This document shows positions 13,690-27,091 of a stretch of 64,000 nucleotides of DNA, piece after piece. The notes under the pieces are model-generated. The model was given only the letters and a program-made list of their open reading frames with translations, did not search any database and had not been told where the DNA came from. The first letter of the stretch is position 1. Each line of letters starts with the position of its first letter. Origin of the DNA: Octopus sinensis (lineage: Eukaryota); assembly GCF_006345805.1 (NCBI RefSeq), contig NC_043005.1, positions 1 to 64,000 of the forward strand, given 5' to 3'. A program made the position numbers and the translations under genes.

Positions 13690-14590
13690 CAGCCACCATT
13701 AATACAAGTTCTTCATGAGGAAAATGCCGGGATCACACAGCGACATATAAATAAGAATACAAAGCTGGCTCTTTACAAATCATTTGTCTTACTGTCCCTG
13801 TTGTATTCTTGTGAAACATGGACTTGTTATAAAAGGCATTTTAAACTGTTAGAACAATTCCACCAGAAATGCCTTCATCGCATTTTAAAAAATTAAATGG
13901 AGTTCTTTTACTCCAAACACAGATGTTCTTGTTTCTGCAGGCATCACCCCAATTAAAGCTATGATTTTGAGGAACCAACTGAAATGGTGTGGCCATATTG
14001 TTCAATGAAAGATGAACGCATGCCGAAACAGCTGTTTTATGGTGAGCTTGCAGAGGGGAAACGCTATCGACATAAACCTAAAAAAAAGGACTACTATGAA
14101 GTTACTTGGAATGGTTCCAGAAGATATAGAAACCCTTGCTTCGGATCGAGTTGGATGGCGAACAAAGGTGTGGAGTAGAGTGAAAGCATTTGAAGAGGCC
14201 AGGATAACACAAGTAAGACTCAAAAGAGGTCCAAGGAAGGATGTCACGATCGAGACGGTGAATCACAATGTCTTTCTTTTGTGCTGGGCTCAGATCTCAT
14301 TTGCGAACTCATGGAAAACGAACCTCTACCAACTATTCTGCCTATATGTCTGTGCACACCTTTGAATGCAATGTATGCCTGAAGGTTTGCAAATCCAACG
14401 GAGGATTCAAAAGACATTTGAGGATCCACAAAGATTAGAATTTAACTGCAGTTCTTGGTGGTCCAAATCAGAGGTGCAATCTAGGTGGGTGTCTTTTCAG
14501 AACACTGTCTGGTTTAAAAAGCTACATCAGACACCATGATGGACCTAAGGTGTCTATACAGAAGGTGATCAGACTCTGCATAAGGAGTAG
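13690..14590 (+). mobile_element. RTE-clade LINE 3' fragment with C-terminal C2H2-like fingers
   Basis: TKLALYK..VL.SLLYSCETWT.YKRH.KLLEQFHQKCL; ERMPKQLFYGEL..GKR; FECNVCLKVCKSNGGFKRHLRIH. Confidence 0.78.
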
Positions 14591-14617
14591 ACACCCACCA
14601 TATATATATATTTATAA

Positions 14618-14669
<52 letters not shown>

Positions 14670-15374
14670 GTGTGTTTGTATGTATGTATATATAAATACA
14701 TACATGCATACACACACACACATACACATATGTATATGTATAGTCTGAGTATCCTGTCGTTGCCGGATAATTTTCGCAATAGAATGCCTTGGCGGACTTT
14801 CGGAATTGCATAAGTTGGATTTTCTCCCTTTTCTCGTTTTTTTTTAATGAAAATTTATGAATCTTCCTTCTTCCTCCCATTCAGGATCGATTTTGGCCAT
14901 TGCGTTTTTTGCACAATGCACTTAAAACATGCGATAAGAGAAGCCTTGATGGTTGAAAAAAATGGAATTCGGTGATTATCTTTACAATTCCCACTTCCTT
15001 TATTTTCAAAGAGAAAATGAAACGTAATTTTAATAAATAGTGAAATTCTTTCATTAAGAATATACTCTAAAATTTCGGGGTTTTTTTTCCCAAAAATATT
15101 GTTTAATCATATTTTTAAAATACGAACAGTGTGAATCTGTAATTTGTTTCCGTTTATAATTTCAAATCAATTTCCAGAGGAAAAAGTTGATTTTAAGGGA
15201 GAATTAGCAGTTGTTTCGTGAACATCCCACGGGTACCTGATATCTTCTTTGTTTCTTTGTCATTCTGACATGTATTGATGTTTTTCAGTATTCTTCACTC
15301 CCCAAAAACACATTTTATGAAATGATAAAGCAATGATCTATTGCTAAGATGTAAGCAACAACAAAAAATTGTAA

Positions 15375-15409
<35 letters not shown>

Positions 15410-16692
15410 CGCTCGCTTCAGTAAGAAAAAGCATTTACTAACAGAAAAGCATGTTATTAAAATAAGTTATCTTTTAAATACCTTTTTAAATCAATGTTGA
15501 CCTAATGAAGCTCCTTACTCATGTGCACACACCCACACACTCAGCGTGAGCGATATACTTTTGTTGAGAGTGAGAAAGTTTATCATGAGAAAATGAAAGA
15601 TGAATTTCGAAATTTTTAAAATTAAGTGAAAAATTTCAAATTTGGTATATTGTACTTTTTCACGACGAATCCAAGTTCGTGATTCGTTTATTCCTGAAAG
15701 ATCTTAGTAAAGTGTTACAGAGGTTTAAAGTTTCATAATTTTAATCTAATGGGAAAACAGAATTTGGAAGCTAAGCATTTTTTGTGTGATAAATTGTGTA
15801 TCATAAAATGAAAGTGAGCATTAGAAGACCAGGTTTTAAACAAAATGAAGGCTATGTGTGAGAATTAATACATATACGAGTAAGAGTGAGTATCAAAGAG
15901 CATGGTAAATACAGATAGATTGATGGAGATAGAGACTGGGAGAATTGTCGATCTAAAAGTCGAGTTATTTCTCATAGAAAATTACATTTTTTAATTATTA
16001 TTAACGGACAGCATTGTCTTTGGGATGCAGATTTTGAAAATGAAATTAATTTTTCTCGAAGATGCACTGTTTCAGAGCCTTCTATGGCTAAACACACATA
16101 CACGTGCATTGTATTTTTTACACACACACACACATATATATAGATATTTCTATATAAGAAGTTTGTAATTTAATGTGTCTCGCTGCAAAGGATAATAGAA
16201 AGGAAAGTTCAATAGTCTGCAAGTGAAGTCAGCGCACGCTTCTCCAAAGACGTGTTTTACTGGCAACAACAAGTCCAATTTAAAAATACTAGGATCATTT
16301 GAAGAGTACAGTTCTTTGATTCACTCCGACCATTTTGAAGCGGGAGCAACAATGAACAGCATCAATTATACCCAGAGAAAATAGTAATCATCGGAATTCT
16401 CTTGATTAGATATGTGCATGGCAGGGGTTAACTTGACGTTAAACAACACCTCAGATGTGTATGATCTGCCAGAGAGATGTAAGAAACGTGCATAGCGAAA
16501 AATGCAAGAAACGTACAAAGTGAAAAATGTAAGAAATGTTTCACGTACGTTATACAATGTAGTCTTAGATTATTCTAAGTAGAATGAATAATTAGAGAGA
16601 GAATACTTCGAAGAATGATCGTGAATCTGTCGCCTCAATGAAGATTTACCTGGGGTTAAACCAAAATAATAAGCAACAAAAGAATTACTTAC

Positions 16693-16753
16693 TTTTCGGT
16701 TTGTAAAATCATTAGCAGGAATTCCATCTCGATAAAAGTCCCATTCTTGTATT
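16693..16753 (-). CDS. Lipoxygenase exon h
   Basis: tttttcag|A...AAA|gtaagt; IQEWDFYRDGIPANDFTNRK; phases 2 to 0 bridge exons g and i exactly. Confidence 0.85.
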
Positions 16754-16854
16754 CTGAAAAAAGTATATATGCATGTGTATATGTAAATATTATACCAGTA
16801 TGTTATAAAAATATTTTTGCTATTCCTGAAAATTATTCTTCCAAGCACTTGAAA

Positions 16855-16993
16855 GACTGTTGAAAAGTAGTGGATACCTACCAGGTATAAAAGCTAAATT
16901 GACTTCGGTGGAATTTGAACTCAGAATATAAAGACGGAAGAAATTCTGCTAAGCATATCACCCAGCATGCTAACGATTCTGCCAGCTCGCCGC
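16855..16993 (-). mobile_element. Family B SINE, 5' part
   Basis: gaatttgaactcagaa...ctaagcat...tgctaacgattctgccagctcgccgc. Confidence 0.8.
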
Positions 16994-17089
16994 ATTAATA
17001 AGAAGGAAAAGAAGAAGAAGAAGAAGAAGAAGAAGAAGAAGAAGAAGAAGAAGAAGAAGAAGAAGAGAAGAAGAAGAAGAAGAAGAAAC

Positions 17090-17785
17090 AACAAAAGCTA
17101 TAAAACAAATGAAATCGAAACTAAAACTAGAACAACAACGGACCATGATAAAACGATGGCAAGAAAAACTAAATGCAAAAGAAATAGATAAAGAAAAATC
17201 CCAGGATTGGTTGAGAAGCTCAGGACTCAAAGCAGAGACGGAAGGATTTTTAATTGCAGCACAAGACCAAAGCCTCCCCACCAGAAATTACCAAAAACAT
17301 GTAATGAAAAGAAATATGACAAGTAACTGCAGAATATGTGGAGATGGACAAGAAACAATAAATCATATTATCTCTGGCTGCCCAGTCCTGGCTAGGAAGG
17401 AATATATTCACAGACATGACAGAGTTGGGACCTACATACACTGGAAGCTATGCTAACATTATGGAATAACAACAGAAAAAAGATGGTATAGGCACACTCC
17501 AGAGAAGGTCACAGAAAACGAGACGAGAAAGCAACCATACTCTGGGATTTGCCAATACACACAGATAGAGAAATTAAGGCCAATAGGCCAGATATAGTTG
17601 TTAGAGATCATGAAGAAAAAATGCTTTCTAATTGATGTATCAATACCAGCAGATGACAGTGTCTCTAAAAGAAATGGAGAAACTTTCAAAATACAAGGAC
17701 CTGGAAATAGAGGTAACCCGAATGTGGAATCTAAAAACAGAAACAATTCCTATCATAGTAGGCGCATTAGGTAATATAAAAAAAA
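17090..17785 (+). mobile_element. R4/Dong-like RLE non-LTR retrotransposon, 3' fragment
   Basis: WLRSSGLKAETEG.LIAAQDQSL.TRNY, CCHC knuckle CRICGDGQETINHIISGC, RPDIV and DLEIEVTRMW; starts after (AAG)n and ends at (AAT)(GAT)n. Confidence 0.85.
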
Positions 17786-17808
17786 AAATTAAAAAAATAA
17801 TAATAATA

Positions 17809-17865
<57 letters not shown>

Positions 17866-17867
<2 letters not shown>

Positions 17868-19331
17868 ATGTTATTGCAGAGTAAGAGCAATACTCAAGAC
17901 AGAGCTGAATGTGAGAAACAGGATCGAAGCGATCAATGCTTTAGCCAAACCAGTTGTGCCTTACAGTTTCAATATTGTTACCTGGTCAATTACTAAAATA
18001 TGTAATCTTGACAGAAAAATACGAAAATTGTTGACAATGCATAGAATGCACCACCCTAAGGCAGATATAGAACGACTTTATCTGCCAAGAAAAGAGGGAG
18101 GCCGTGGACTTTTACAACTGGAAATAACAACGAAGATTGCTACAATTGGCCTAGACACCTACCTGAAAAACTTTGAGGACTGGATGTTAAAACTTGTCTC
18201 AAAACATGAAAACAAGAAAGCATCATACTCCGTAACAAAACAGGTAAAGGAATATCTAAGTGAATTCCGAATACAACCAATTTCGGAATTAGACATACAA
18301 GAAACAAGCACAGAAAAAGCTAAGCGCATGAAAACCCGTGCTAAAACTGCTGCTTTAGATATTCTGAATGATAAATGGCAAGAAAAACCTCTCTATGGCA
18401 AATACCCAAAGAGAGAGAATGATGCAGATATTGACAAAGCCCTGACCCATCAATGGCTAATGGCCTTTCGCTTAAAATCTGAAACAGAAGGGTTTATCAT
18501 AGCAGCTCAAGATCAATGCCTACCAACAAGGAACTATCAGGCCAACATATTAAAGAACGGCAGTAGCCCAACATGTCGTGTATGTCAACAACAAAATGAA
18601 ACCATTGATCATGTTGTCTCCAAGTGCAGTCTTCTAGCGCCTACAGAGTATCTCAACAGGCATGATAGAGCTGCACAATATATTCACTGGGTAATTTGCA
18701 AAAACCTGGATTTGCCCCATGAAAAAAACTGGTGGGAACACAATCCACCTCCTGTGCTTGAAAATGACCACATCTCACTCCTCTGGAACTTCACCATTCA
18801 AACTGACAGGAAGATAGATGCAAATAGGCCAGACATCATATTGAAAGACTTCAGACAAAGAAAATGCCTCCTCATTGATATGACTGCCCCAATCGATATA
18901 AACGTATCTGTCAAGACCTACCAAAAACTGAGCAAATATAAAGATCTTGAAATAGAAATCAGCAAAATGTGGAAACTGAAGACTAAAACAATACCTGTTG
19001 TTATAGGTGCCCCGGGAATGATAGCAAAAGGGGCTGATTGCTACCTAACTCAGATACCAGGAAACCCAAAATGGCAGAAATTCAAAAGATAATGCTCATG
19101 GGAACTGCTCATATCCTACGCAAAATACTTTCTATATAATCTCAAGTTTTAAAACAAACATAATTTTCGTATGTTTTTTTTAGACATTCACTAGTAAAAC
19201 ACTAAATACAAAACCAAATATATGGCACACTAGGCATAACAACAACAGGAACTTCCAACCTGTTGTCTCTTGAGGTCTCTGGGTAAGACTTGGAGCCAAC
19301 TTGTACAAATGTAAAGCAAAAGTCAAACATA

Positions 19332-19332
<1 letters not shown>
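17866..19332 (+). mobile_element. R4/Dong-like element, 3' portion (post-RT, CCHC, RLE, 3' UTR)
   Basis: HHPKADIERLYLPRKEGGRGL; CRVCQQQNETIDHVVSKC; NRPDIILKD...LLIDM; flanked by (GAT)n and (AAT)n. Confidence 0.88.
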
Positions 19333-19398
<66 letters not shown>

Positions 19399-19559
19399 GT
19401 GACTACACATAAAACAATATCATTGATGATGATGGTGGTGATGGTGATGGTGATGATGATAATGATGATGGTAATGGTGGTGATAATGATGATAGTGATG
19501 GTAATGGTGATGATAATAACAATAATAAGCCGACTACGGCTGCTATAATGGTACGATTA

Positions 19560-22500
19560 TAATTGTAACGGCAATGATGGCCGTCTCCCCACGAGCCAAT
19601 CAAAGCTAAAAAAATGATAACATTATCGTAGCACCAAAATGTGTTTGGAAACTAAAAGGAAAACTAAATCAGTATACCAAATCGCTTGTCCTATGGTTAA
19701 TCTGGAAGCGCGTCCCCCAGGGAAGAGCCAGCCTGGGATCAAAAAGTCATCAACTGGCACAAACTCTTCTCCGAATACGGACATGGATGGTCACTTGAAC
19801 GGGAAATCCCCCAACTCGAGCCCTCCAAGTTCACCACCACAACCACCACAGAAAGAAAAATGTAAGCGGAACAAATGGACCCGAGAGAGTATAAAGAAGT
19901 AATATACGCTTATTACTATGCATTAGGTAGGCCATCTCAAGAGAGACACACCGCAAACTCTTACAGTATATGGAGAACACGGAATCAAGACAGTAGCCCT
20001 ATTTGGACGAGAACAAATTAGCAAATGTGAGGAGGGATATCTTTAGAAATAACAGACTCACAGACAGTGAAATAAGCGCGATCAAGCACGCAACGGAAAA
20101 TGACATAAATATAAGACACAAAGGAAATGAAGAATCAGATGAACAGTATAGCCCGCCACGAGGCTTAATTGAAACACTGCCATCTGACCAAAGTACGCAA
20201 AGGCCTGAAGATACAAGAAATTCTATTGTACCTGTTAAAGATAGCCAGGAAAACGAAAAAACAACAGTAACTGAAGATCTCGCATTTGCTGAAGAACACA
20301 GAGAGTCCATGGCAGAAATGAGGCAGAAAATCCTGAATACGCTTGAAGTTGTAAGACATACAAGTATGAATGATAGAGAACCGCTTCATAAACTCTCAAA
20401 TACAAACCAAAATAAAAAACAAATCCAAATTGGCAACTATGTAACAAATGAAATAATACGAGAATTAAAACCTGATTTTACTGAGTTAAATGAAATTATT
20501 TACGCTTCTGCTAGGGCAATTGAAACCAGCTGTATGCCCCCGAAAAAACAAAGAAAACAAAACCTGGGAAGAAATCAAACCTGGAGAAGTAAAATTGAAA
20601 AAGAGATTGAATTTATGAGAGGGGAAATATCAATATTAAATGAACTAATATGTGGAAATGATGTAAGATCCAGAACAGGAAGAAAGATGAAGAGAAAATT
20701 TGGATCCTCACCAAGAGAAGAACTGATATCAATAAAGAAAAACGCTGAAACAAAAAGTCCAAGCAAAAGCCCAAAGAATACGAAGATTGAGAAGAGAAAC
20801 AAGTTTTAAAAGCAAAATAAGCTGTTCACATCCAATGCCAAAAATTCTACAGAGAAATAGGGAAGGAGAAAGTAACCGTTAAAGACCCCCCTCCCATGGA
20901 AGAAGTTCAAAACTTTTGGAAAAGGATTTGGAGTGACAAGAAGACGTACAACATAAATGCAGACTGGATTATACAAACTGAAGGATCCTACCAAAATTTA
21001 CAACAACAAGCATGGGAAGACATCACAATAGCAGACCTAAGAAAAGCACTCACGAAGGCCCATAATTGGAAATCCCCCGTAAAGATAGGGTGCCGAATTT
21101 CTGGCTCGCATCGCTCCCGTGCGCACACGGTAAGCTAGTTCAGCTGCTCAATGGAATTATGAGAGACCCAAAGAAAACACCTGAATGGTTAGCAAGTGGC
21201 ATTACTTACCTACTCCCAAAGAATAACGAAACCAACCTTCCAAAAAACTATCGGCCTATAACCTGTCTATCCACCACGTATAAAATCCTAACATCTATCC
21301 TGGCGGAGAAAACATATGCATTCATGGAGAAGAACGATATTTTCCCCATTGAACAAAAAGGGTGCCGCCGAGGCTCTTACGGATGCAAAGATCAACTGCT
21401 AATCAATCGTATGATCCTGAGAACTGTCACAACAAGCGCAGAAATCTCAGCACCGCATGGATTGACTATAAAAAGGCCTTCGACAGTATACCGCATCCAT
21501 GGATCTTGAGATCGCTGGACATCTTCAAAATTTCCCCTGTGATTTCAAACTTCCTGAAGCACAATATGTCGTTGTGGAATACGAATCTCCAATTATACCA
21601 CTCTAATGGAGTACTTGCCTCAGAAAATATAAACATCAACTGTGGAATTTTTCAAGGTGACTCACTTTCACCTTTAATATTCTGCATAGCCCTAATACCC
21701 CTAACAAGTGAATTAAACAGAACAGGGTATGGGTATAAAATTGCCAATAAAAAAATAAACCATCTATTTTATATGGATGACTTAAAACTTTATGGTAAAG
21801 ACAATAATGAACTTGAAGGCCTATTGCGCACCGTGAAAGCATTCAGCGATGACATCGGGATGGAGTTTGGACTTGAGAAGTGTGCCAAGGCCACTTTCCA
21901 GAAAGGGAAAGTGAAGACCACAAATTCAGTCGTGTTAGATGTTGACACAGTCATAAGAGAGCTTGAGCAAGAACAAACATACAAATATTTAGGGATAAAT
22001 GAAGGCTCTGGTATTCAGCATGCAAGCATGAAAGAGAAAATCAGGAAGGAATGTTATAGGAGAGTTCGTGCAGTCCTGAAATCTGAACTAAATCCACGTA
22101 ACAAGGTGTTAGCTATAAATTCCTTAGCAGTTCCAGTTGTTACTTATAGCTACAATGTGTTGAACTGGAATATGAGTGAAATAAGAATATAGATAGAAAA
22201 ATACGCAAGCTGCTGAGTTGTAATAGGATGCACCACCCAAAGGCAGACGTAGATCGCCTTTACCTTCCCAGAGCCCAAGGAGGTCGAGGCCTGATCCAAT
22301 TTGAACTAGCTTACAAAACAACCACAATTGGACTGGCCAAATATCTCGAAATATCGAATGACTGGATGCTAAAGCTCGTGGAAAATCACGAGAGACGAAA
22401 GAAGCTTCATTCTATCATCAAGGAAAGCAAAAAATTTGCTATTGATCTCGTGCAGGATACCCAAACTGAACAACCGAGGGAAGTAAGGCAACTATTGTTG

Positions 22501-23495
22501 CAAAGAAGGTGAAAATGATGGCAATGAAAAAGCGCACGAGCAATTGGCTGATAGGTGGGAGGAGAAACCTCTGCACGGCAATATGTGACCCGCAGCAAAC
22601 AAGCTGATGTTGACCAGAAGCAAACCCATCAGTGGCTGCGGAGCTCAGGGCTAAAAGCAGAGAGCGAAGGTTTCATCCTGGCTGCTCAAGACCAAAGCCT
22701 ATTAACCCGGAACTACCAGGCCAATGTGATGAAAAATGGAGCAGACCCAAAATGCCGATTCTGCAACGACATGATTGAAACAGTGGACCACCTAATCTCT
22801 GGATGTAAAGTCATAGCACCAGTGGAGTATAAATTAAGACATGACAGAGTTGGCCAATATCTCCACTGGCTAATAAGTCGGCATTACAATATCAAAACTG
22901 CCGACAAGTGGTATAATCACCACCCTGAGGCTGTAACTGAAGGAGAAAATGTAACCATTCTGTGGGACTTTCCAGTACATACAGACCGAACCATCAAGGC
23001 CAATAAACCAGATATTGTTGTGAAAGACCAAAACAATAAAGTTTGCTTATTGATCGACATGAGCATCCCCTGTGATCATAATATCTCAGCGAAAGAGTTT
23101 GACAAGCTCAAAATATAAAGACCTACTCATTGAAATTGAGAAAATGTGGCATCTCAAGGCGGTTACAATACCAGTGATCGTAGGAGCACTAGGAATGATC
23201 AAGAAGGGAACCGAAAATTATATGAGAATGATCCCTGGCTTACCATCCCTGCAAGAAGTGCAAAAGATTGTCTTAACTGGTACATCACACGTATTGAGAA
23301 GAGCATTGTCGATGTGAGAACTGTTGCTGCTCATGTATTTTAATTTAACTTTAAAAAAAAAATTTTTTCAATATGAACGAAATACTGAGTTTGGTTTAAT
23401 GGCCTACCAATATACACTATGAGTTTCTTTGCCCTAGGAGTCGGGAAGACACTCGGCAAGAAATGGAAGAAAATTTGAAAGAAGAAAAAAAGTAA
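19560..23495 (+). mobile_element. Near full-length R4/Dong-like element with several frameshifts
   Basis: N-terminal region (20003-20809), RT (NYRPITCL, EQKGC, DYKKAFDS, GIFQGDSLSPL, HLFYMDDLKL), CCHC CRFC...ETVDHLISGC and RLE ANKPDIV; 3' UTR followed by (AAC)n(AAT)n. Confidence 0.9.
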
Positions 23496-23505
23496 CAACA
23501 ACAAC

Positions 23506-23548
<43 letters not shown>

Positions 23549-23554
23549 CTAATA

Positions 23555-23596
<42 letters not shown>

Positions 23597-23738
23597 CAAT
23601 AATGGTAATAATATATGGTTGAGGTAACTCCTCCAGAAGATACAGAAGCAACAAAAGAAGAGTGTCATTGTTATGAAGTGAATGATATTTCGACATCTCG
23701 TTTGTTTTGCACAGGTTCAAAAAAATAAACTTGTCAAT

Positions 23739-23955
23739 CTACTTCCTTTATTGCCCACAATGGCCTAAACACAGAGGAGACAAACAAGGACAGACAAATG
23801 AGTTTCGAGTCCAGTGCTCAACTGGTACTTAATTTATCGACCCCGAAAGGAAAGGCAAGTCGACCTCGGCGGAATTTGAACTCAGAACGTAACAGCAGAC
23901 ATAATACCACTAAGCATTTCGTCCGGCGTGATAACGTTTCTGCCAGCTCGCCGCT
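23739..23955 (-). mobile_element. Family B SINE
   Basis: Same head, core and tail as 41747-41981. Confidence 0.85.
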
Positions 23956-25808
23956 TTTGTTTGAGTTTATCTTGGCTTTATATAGTCTCTGATAAATTTA
24001 TCTTTTCGGATATAGATGGAGCTCTATTGGATGATAAGTGTATCACTTCAGGTCTGGAGGTTGAAATCGAATAAAAGAAATCATTTAAAAACATAGTCCA
24101 CAAACTTTACCTCTCCAAAAGACAATGGTAAAATTTTCTTAGTCGTAATCATATAACATCAAGAAAAATTAACTCCGGGCTAGAAGTCTGCTGACCAACC
24201 AAGCTGTCCATCTACATACATCTTTTTGTGAACCCTAAAGAACAAGGTAAGAAAATTTTTATAAATCTCTTAAATAAAGCTCAAATAATATCAACAAATA
24301 AAGGAATTTGCTGACCAACTAACCTTTCCGCCTACTGTCTTTTCTGAACTCTAGATAATCAAATTTCTAAGCTTAAATCTTCATGACCTAAAGCTGATAT
24401 GCTTAAATAAACCCACACCGAATCACAAAATTTTACATGTTGGACAGAACGCTGCACAATAACTTCTAACTTCATAAAACAAACAAGTTAAGTACAGATA
24501 GCAACAACAACAATAACTCAACCTACTTACTTAGCTGCAGAATAACTTATAACTTCTCACCGACCTTCATTTTCTTGTGAACCCTAAAAAACAAGCTCAG
24601 AAGCTGACACACCTAAACAGACACACCTGATTGCAATGTTGTACACATGCCACTGAACTCTAAACAATAACACAACTCCAACGTTTATTAATAAAAATCT
24701 ACTGTAATATTATTGTATCAAACCTCGTCATACAACCAGAGCTCCATCTACAGCAGAAAAAAAAACCCAAACTTACTGGAGACTATATATGACCCAGAAT
24801 ATCTGAGTCCGCGGAAGGCTAAAACTTCAAAGTCACTGACAACACTATTCTTGTAATATATATATATATATATATCACCGTGATCACTGTGACCGACCAG
24901 GCTATCAGATGTTGCTACATATCGCTGGTCACAATGCGCTTCGCATTATTTTAGCCTTCAAATGACGCCACCTCGCTGGCTAAGCGAGCAGGCCAATATA
25001 TATATATATACGTTCAGCAAAATTTAGATTCAAATGAACATGGTACTTCAGTTAGATGCGCCAGAATTTTGTACGGTGTTATCCATATAAATCCATGGGG
25101 TGATTATAATCAAAATAAGCAACAAGAATATCTTCAGTAATTTGGTACGATCGTTTCACGCTACTTCATTTTATTAAGCATTGTAAGTATTACAACAGTT
25201 TTAAAATGTTGAGCAATCATCAGCCATTAATAGAGGTTTTCCATCAATACATATACTTATTTTCATGTTAATTGATAATATTATAAAGCGGGTAGATATA
25301 CGGACAAAGATGTTGATTTGAATGTTAAGAACATTAAGGTCTTAGAATTTATCTTCTGACTGAAGAATATTCTTTAAGTTATATGGAACTGCTAGAAAGT
25401 GGGGAGGGATGTTCTGTTGGATGGAGACAAAAGAGATTTTCTATTTATAGAAGTAGGTAGGGGTGAAATAAATGTCAGAAATTATTCCTAAAGAAAATTA
25501 AAGTGGAAGGGGTTATATTGTCTTAGAGGCTGTTTACTCCTATTTGGCAATGCGATTTTGTATCAAGAAAACTAGGTCAATGCTAAATGATCACAATGGC
25601 CATCCATAAACTAAATAGTTACAGAAAATACAGAGATTCCTTTATACTTATACAAACATATACAAATATGCATCCGCTTTAATCTATAAGATTATACTTG
25701 GCTAGTAGGGGTTGATTATTTCAATAAGTTGGATTAAAAGAGAATTATAAATCTAATATTTATTAAGATCGTACCAGATTACCGAAGATATTCTTGTTGC
25801 TTATTTGG

Positions 25809-25884
<76 letters not shown>

Positions 25885-26220
25885 GGAGGTGCGAAAATGC
25901 AATTTTAAAAGATGTCTATTCACTTGACCGGTTTCACTTTTTTAGAAAAAGATTATCAAAAGTAAACTGTAAAGCTTTGTTGTGTTAAGTACTGGTTGTC
26001 ACAAAAATATTACAATATATATATATATATGCATTCTTTGATAATAATAAGAACATGTTAAAAACAGTTTACAAGGAAAAATCTTGGGAAAATATAAAAA
26101 AAAGTTCATTAAAATATTGGGCACAAAAAATTACAATACATATATACATTCTTTGATAATAATAAGAAAATGTTAAAAACAGTTTACAGAAAAAAATATA
26201 TATATATACATATATATATA

Positions 26221-26629
26221 CTCTTTTACTCTTTTACTCGTTTCAGTCATTTGACTGCGGCCATGCTGGAGCACCGCCTTTTAGTCGAGCAAATCGATCA
26301 CAGGACTTATTCTTTGGAAGCCTAGTACTTATTGTATTGGTCTCTTTGCCAAACCACTAAGTTACGAGGACATAAACATACCAGCATCGGTTGTCAAGCG
26401 ATGTTTGGGGGACAAACACAGACACAAATATATGCACACACACATACATATATAAATGTATATATACACATATATACGACGGGCTTCTTTCAGTTTCCGT
26501 CTACCAAATCCACTCACAAGGCTTTGGTCTGCTCGAGACTATAGTAGAAGACACTTGCCCAAGGTGTCACGCGGTGGGACTGAACCCGGAACCATGTGAT
26601 TGGTAAGCAAGCTACTTACCACACAGCCA
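26221..26629 (-). mobile_element. Family A SINE, near full length
   Basis: Reverse complement of the 3669-4078 consensus. Confidence 0.9.
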
Positions 26630-27004
26630 ATACTAGTAATATCAAATATATTTGTATATGCAAACATGTGCATATATATGTGTGTGTTACACACACATAC
26701 ACACATACGTATGTCAGTCAATGTATGTATACATATATACCCATGTATATCTATGTGTGTGTGTATATATATATATGCATATATGTATACATACGTATAA
26801 ATGTGTGTATGCGTCTGTGTGTGTATACACATATAGATATATACATGTATATATATATGATATAGGTGTGGATGTACACACACATACACACATATAGATA
26901 TATAAACATGGGTGTACACATATATAAATGAATAAATATGCTTACATTTATGTAGATACATATGCGTTTAAATAAATACTTATTGGGGTAGATGGACGAG
27001 TATT

Positions 27005-27068
<64 letters not shown>

Positions 27069-27091
27069 CGCGCGTTCAGCATCTACCTTAC

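Noticed and set aside
16372-16465. Candidate extra exon (ctctctggcag...G|gtataa)
   Set aside because: At 94 nt it would shift the frame; it has no LOX similarity, and exons h and i already join in phase.
17632-19092. 486-aa ORF as a single gene
   Set aside because: It is a chance read-through of two R4-like fragments across an (AAT)(GAT) microsatellite (poly-I/poly-M).
25140-25200. Hammerhead on the - strand (GAAA-cgatcg-TA)
   Set aside because: No stem I partner and no convincing NUGAN.A core could be assigned.
26003-26195. About 120-bp-period AT-rich direct duplication
   Set aside because: A local low-complexity duplication with no ribozyme motif or TE hallmark.
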